In this document: positions 38,611 to 40,937 of the stretch, piece after piece
Layout: each line of letters opens with the position of its first letter
Position numbering within the stretch: the first letter of the stretch is position 1
NCBI GenBank assembly: GCA_040437565.1
Contig: JBDOQK010000039.1
Coordinates: 310,001 to 350,937, forward strand
Reading direction: 5' to 3'
Length of the DNA: 40,937 nucleotides
Source: Albugo candida
Taxonomy: Eukaryota
Made by a program: the position numbers and the translations under genes
The notes under the pieces: generated by a model
Databases searched by the model: none
Told to the model about the DNA's origin: nothing
What the model saw: only the letters and a program-made list of their open reading frames with translations

Positions 38611-39129
38611 ACATTATCGTCTTCTTTATGTGTCACAAACTGGTTTTATGCGAGCATACCGATGATTTGATGAAACTCCCTGACAAGAATGATCACTGGA
38701 AATTGGTCCGATTGGATAGACTTCTGCTTTTTTTGAAAATTTTTGTAATCGTAGTAAAAAGATGTGATCACTCTTGCTCTACCAGGTCAATTAAGTGTCC
38801 GCTATACGCCCCACAAGATCATCTACATTTATCCGAGGGACATTATGCGTTCTAAACGAGTGTGAGCGTCTCAGCGGGGAGATAAAGAGATTGTGTACTA
38901 GACCCAAACATTCCGCAAATGGAAATCACACCATCCTTTCCCTTGATTAATAGTTTTTTGTAGCTATTTTCTTTCCTTTGCTCAGAAAGAAAGATATTCT
39001 ACTAGACTTCAATTTGTTTCGTGTTGACTTTATTCTCAAAGAATCGGTCTTGCGTAGATTTGACACACAAATGTTTTATCTCTTACTATATGCATTCCAG
39101 GCGATTGAATAAAAACTTTCATTTAGATC

Positions 39130-39347
39130 GTTTTGTGCGGTTGGGCGTAACTCGTATATTTCTGTAGCCGACAGAAGTTTCGTAAACTTCTTATCAGAAA
39201 AGACATTTCTGACTATGTCCCACAAAACTTTGTAAGCTCAATATGTCGAATCATCTCCTTCGCAAGCACACGCAATAGATCAAAGGATCATGCGGTACCC
39301 AGAAACCGTTTCAGAACTGACATGGACTTTGCTTAATTAATAAATAT
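39130..39347 (+). repeat. Diverged direct repeat, copy 1 (copy 2 at ~40722-40937)
   Basis: An identical 24-mer CTTATCAGAAAAGACATTTCTGAC (39190-39213 = 40782-40805) and CAGAACTGACATRGACTTT (39312-39330 / 40900-40918) occur at colinear spacing. Confidence 0.75.
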
Positions 39348-39559
39348 CACTAATCTCACGCCATATTGTCACGTAGGAAATTGATAAACGTTGGCTTACG
39401 TTTTGCACAGAATCCACTCTACCATCCGTTTAGATGAGATGTTGAGCTTTTTACTACATGTACTAGGCATGCAATGGAATTTTTTGTTTCAGAAAGTTTT
39501 GTGATCTCGGGTGTGACTAGTATATCTTGCAATCAACTTCATGCTCTGGGAAGGTGTTG

Positions 39560-40620
39560 TTCTGGTAGTGAGAGTTTGGAGCAACCTTTTCGTAGCATGC
39601 TTCAAGGTTTGACTCTCAGACCACCAAGTTAACATCTGCCGACGATACTAATTCTGTGCAACGCCTTCAAGCTGTTGACCAAGAACATCAACCTTGACGT
39701 CTTCAGACCACACAAAACCACAGGAACGCTCGAAGAAACCAACTTGTCACACAAACTCTTTGCCCCATTCAAGGAACCCACTCCGAAGTTTTGGTACAGT
39801 TCTTTTCCGTCTAAAAGATGCAGCGACAATTTCGTTGGCGACCATCTAGTCCGCACCTGCCCAGGTGATAATAACCAGGACCCGGTATACGCATACCTTG
39901 GTTCAAGCTGCCTATGAAGGCCAGCACAGGTCTCTGTCCCATTTCACAGCTGCCATCCGCCTGGGCCAGTGCATAAATCATATCCCCAGCATAAGCTGCT
40001 TGCCGACATCCTACTTTGGTTCCCGACTAAGCATCCGGCGAGCGTTTGGGAGGAGGGGATTACTTCAACGTTTGGAGGTTGATAAGTGACCCTTGTCCCA
40101 AAACACAACCGAAAGTTCTCAACTCCGCAGAGTCCTCGTGATGTTGGCTGGCTAGCCGGCTCACGAGGATTCAATCCTACACATCCGCTCCGACACGTCA
40201 CCACGCATGGCGAGCATTTTGTACAGTGACTCCGCGAGCGCTGCCGACCTTGCTTTCAATTGCTGGTAGAAGTTGTGTCCTGACCATCGACCACCACACT
40301 GGGTGAACCTTGTTGACCTGCGCCGCCAGCACATTCCTTTGGGCTCATAACCCGTTGAATCTATTCAAAATGCACTTGTTGCAATAGAGGTCGTAAAAGT
40401 TAAATGTGCTCAGCATTAACCTTATTTGTCAGCAGTTTAACATGCACCTGACACCACAAACTTGACTATGTCCCGTTGAACGTGACGTCTGTTTGGTCCC
40501 ACGCGATAACCATCTCTCCACCTTCCACCTTCCACTTTCCACCTTTCATATTGTCACCAAACAGCCGATCTGGTGGGGTGGGACTTAACCTGTTCCAGGT
40601 CTTCCAATCGGAGCGTAAGC
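39560..40620 (-). mobile_element. Probable heavily decayed non-LTR (LINE/L1-like) reverse transcriptase relic
   Basis: Motif remnants in the expected order on the minus strand: PDRL (~40565), LRPLLQQV (~40390), GQGSL in frame (through stops) with AAYAGD (39982-39999; YADD-like), RYAYTGSWL, FVW and LGGLRV. Each match is weak alone. Confidence 0.45.
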
Positions 40621-40721
40621 ACTTGACGATTTGCAAGCAAACAGTATCGTATAACGGTATTCCCTAAACCCATCAATAATCTCCGTCGGGCTCGATAAAG
40701 CTATGAGAAATTATTTCAAAA

Positions 40722-40937
40722 TGTTTTTTACGGCTGGGTGGACTCGTTTATCTTACAAACCGAGCGACGTCTCAGACATTCCTTATCAGAAAAGACATTT
40801 CTGACGACGTCATCCAAACTTTGTAGTTCAGTACGTGAAATGCTTCCCTTTGTAAGCCAACACTGTCGATGAAAGAAAACTAAAACACCCAAACCATTCC
40901 AGAACTGACATAGACTTTCTTTACTCCATAAAGATAA
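40722..40937 (+). repeat. Diverged direct repeat, copy 2 (runs to the window end)
   Basis: See 39130-39347. Confidence 0.75.

Noticed and set aside
38628-38855. Cys-containing ORF (CHKLVLC...) as a CHxC effector
   Set aside because: Lacks the second Cys and Gly at motif spacing and has no signal peptide.

Overview
Eukaryotic, intron-containing draft-assembly window with six 100-N gaps. Gene content and an INR+FPR promoter motif point to an oomycete; very short introns (43-65 nt) suggest an Albugo-like lineage (inference only). Host genes: (1) a ~1455-aa myosin of class-XXX architecture with a myosin VI insert-2 ('reverse gear')-like segment apparently repeated three times, each followed by an IQ motif, and a PX plus GAT-like tail; (2) two convergent small bZIP paralogues with His-Cys where bZIPs normally have the invariant Asn (the identical second copy of one is probably a gap-overlap artefact); (3) an 8-exon Integrator subunit 4 (INTS4)-like gene; (4) a secreted purple acid phosphatase with a 31-bp minisatellite upstream; (5) a 210-aa orphan ORF. 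The right third is transposon debris: a 5'-truncated hAT element abutting a decayed full-length Copia element (half-tRNA-iMet PBS, LTRs apparently ending AA instead of CA, no TSD), and a probable LINE relic. A solo LTR of the same Copia family with a 5-bp TSD lies at 23.1-23.4 kb. No CRISPR, rRNA or tRNA genes were found. All family calls come from manual motif comparison, not database searches.
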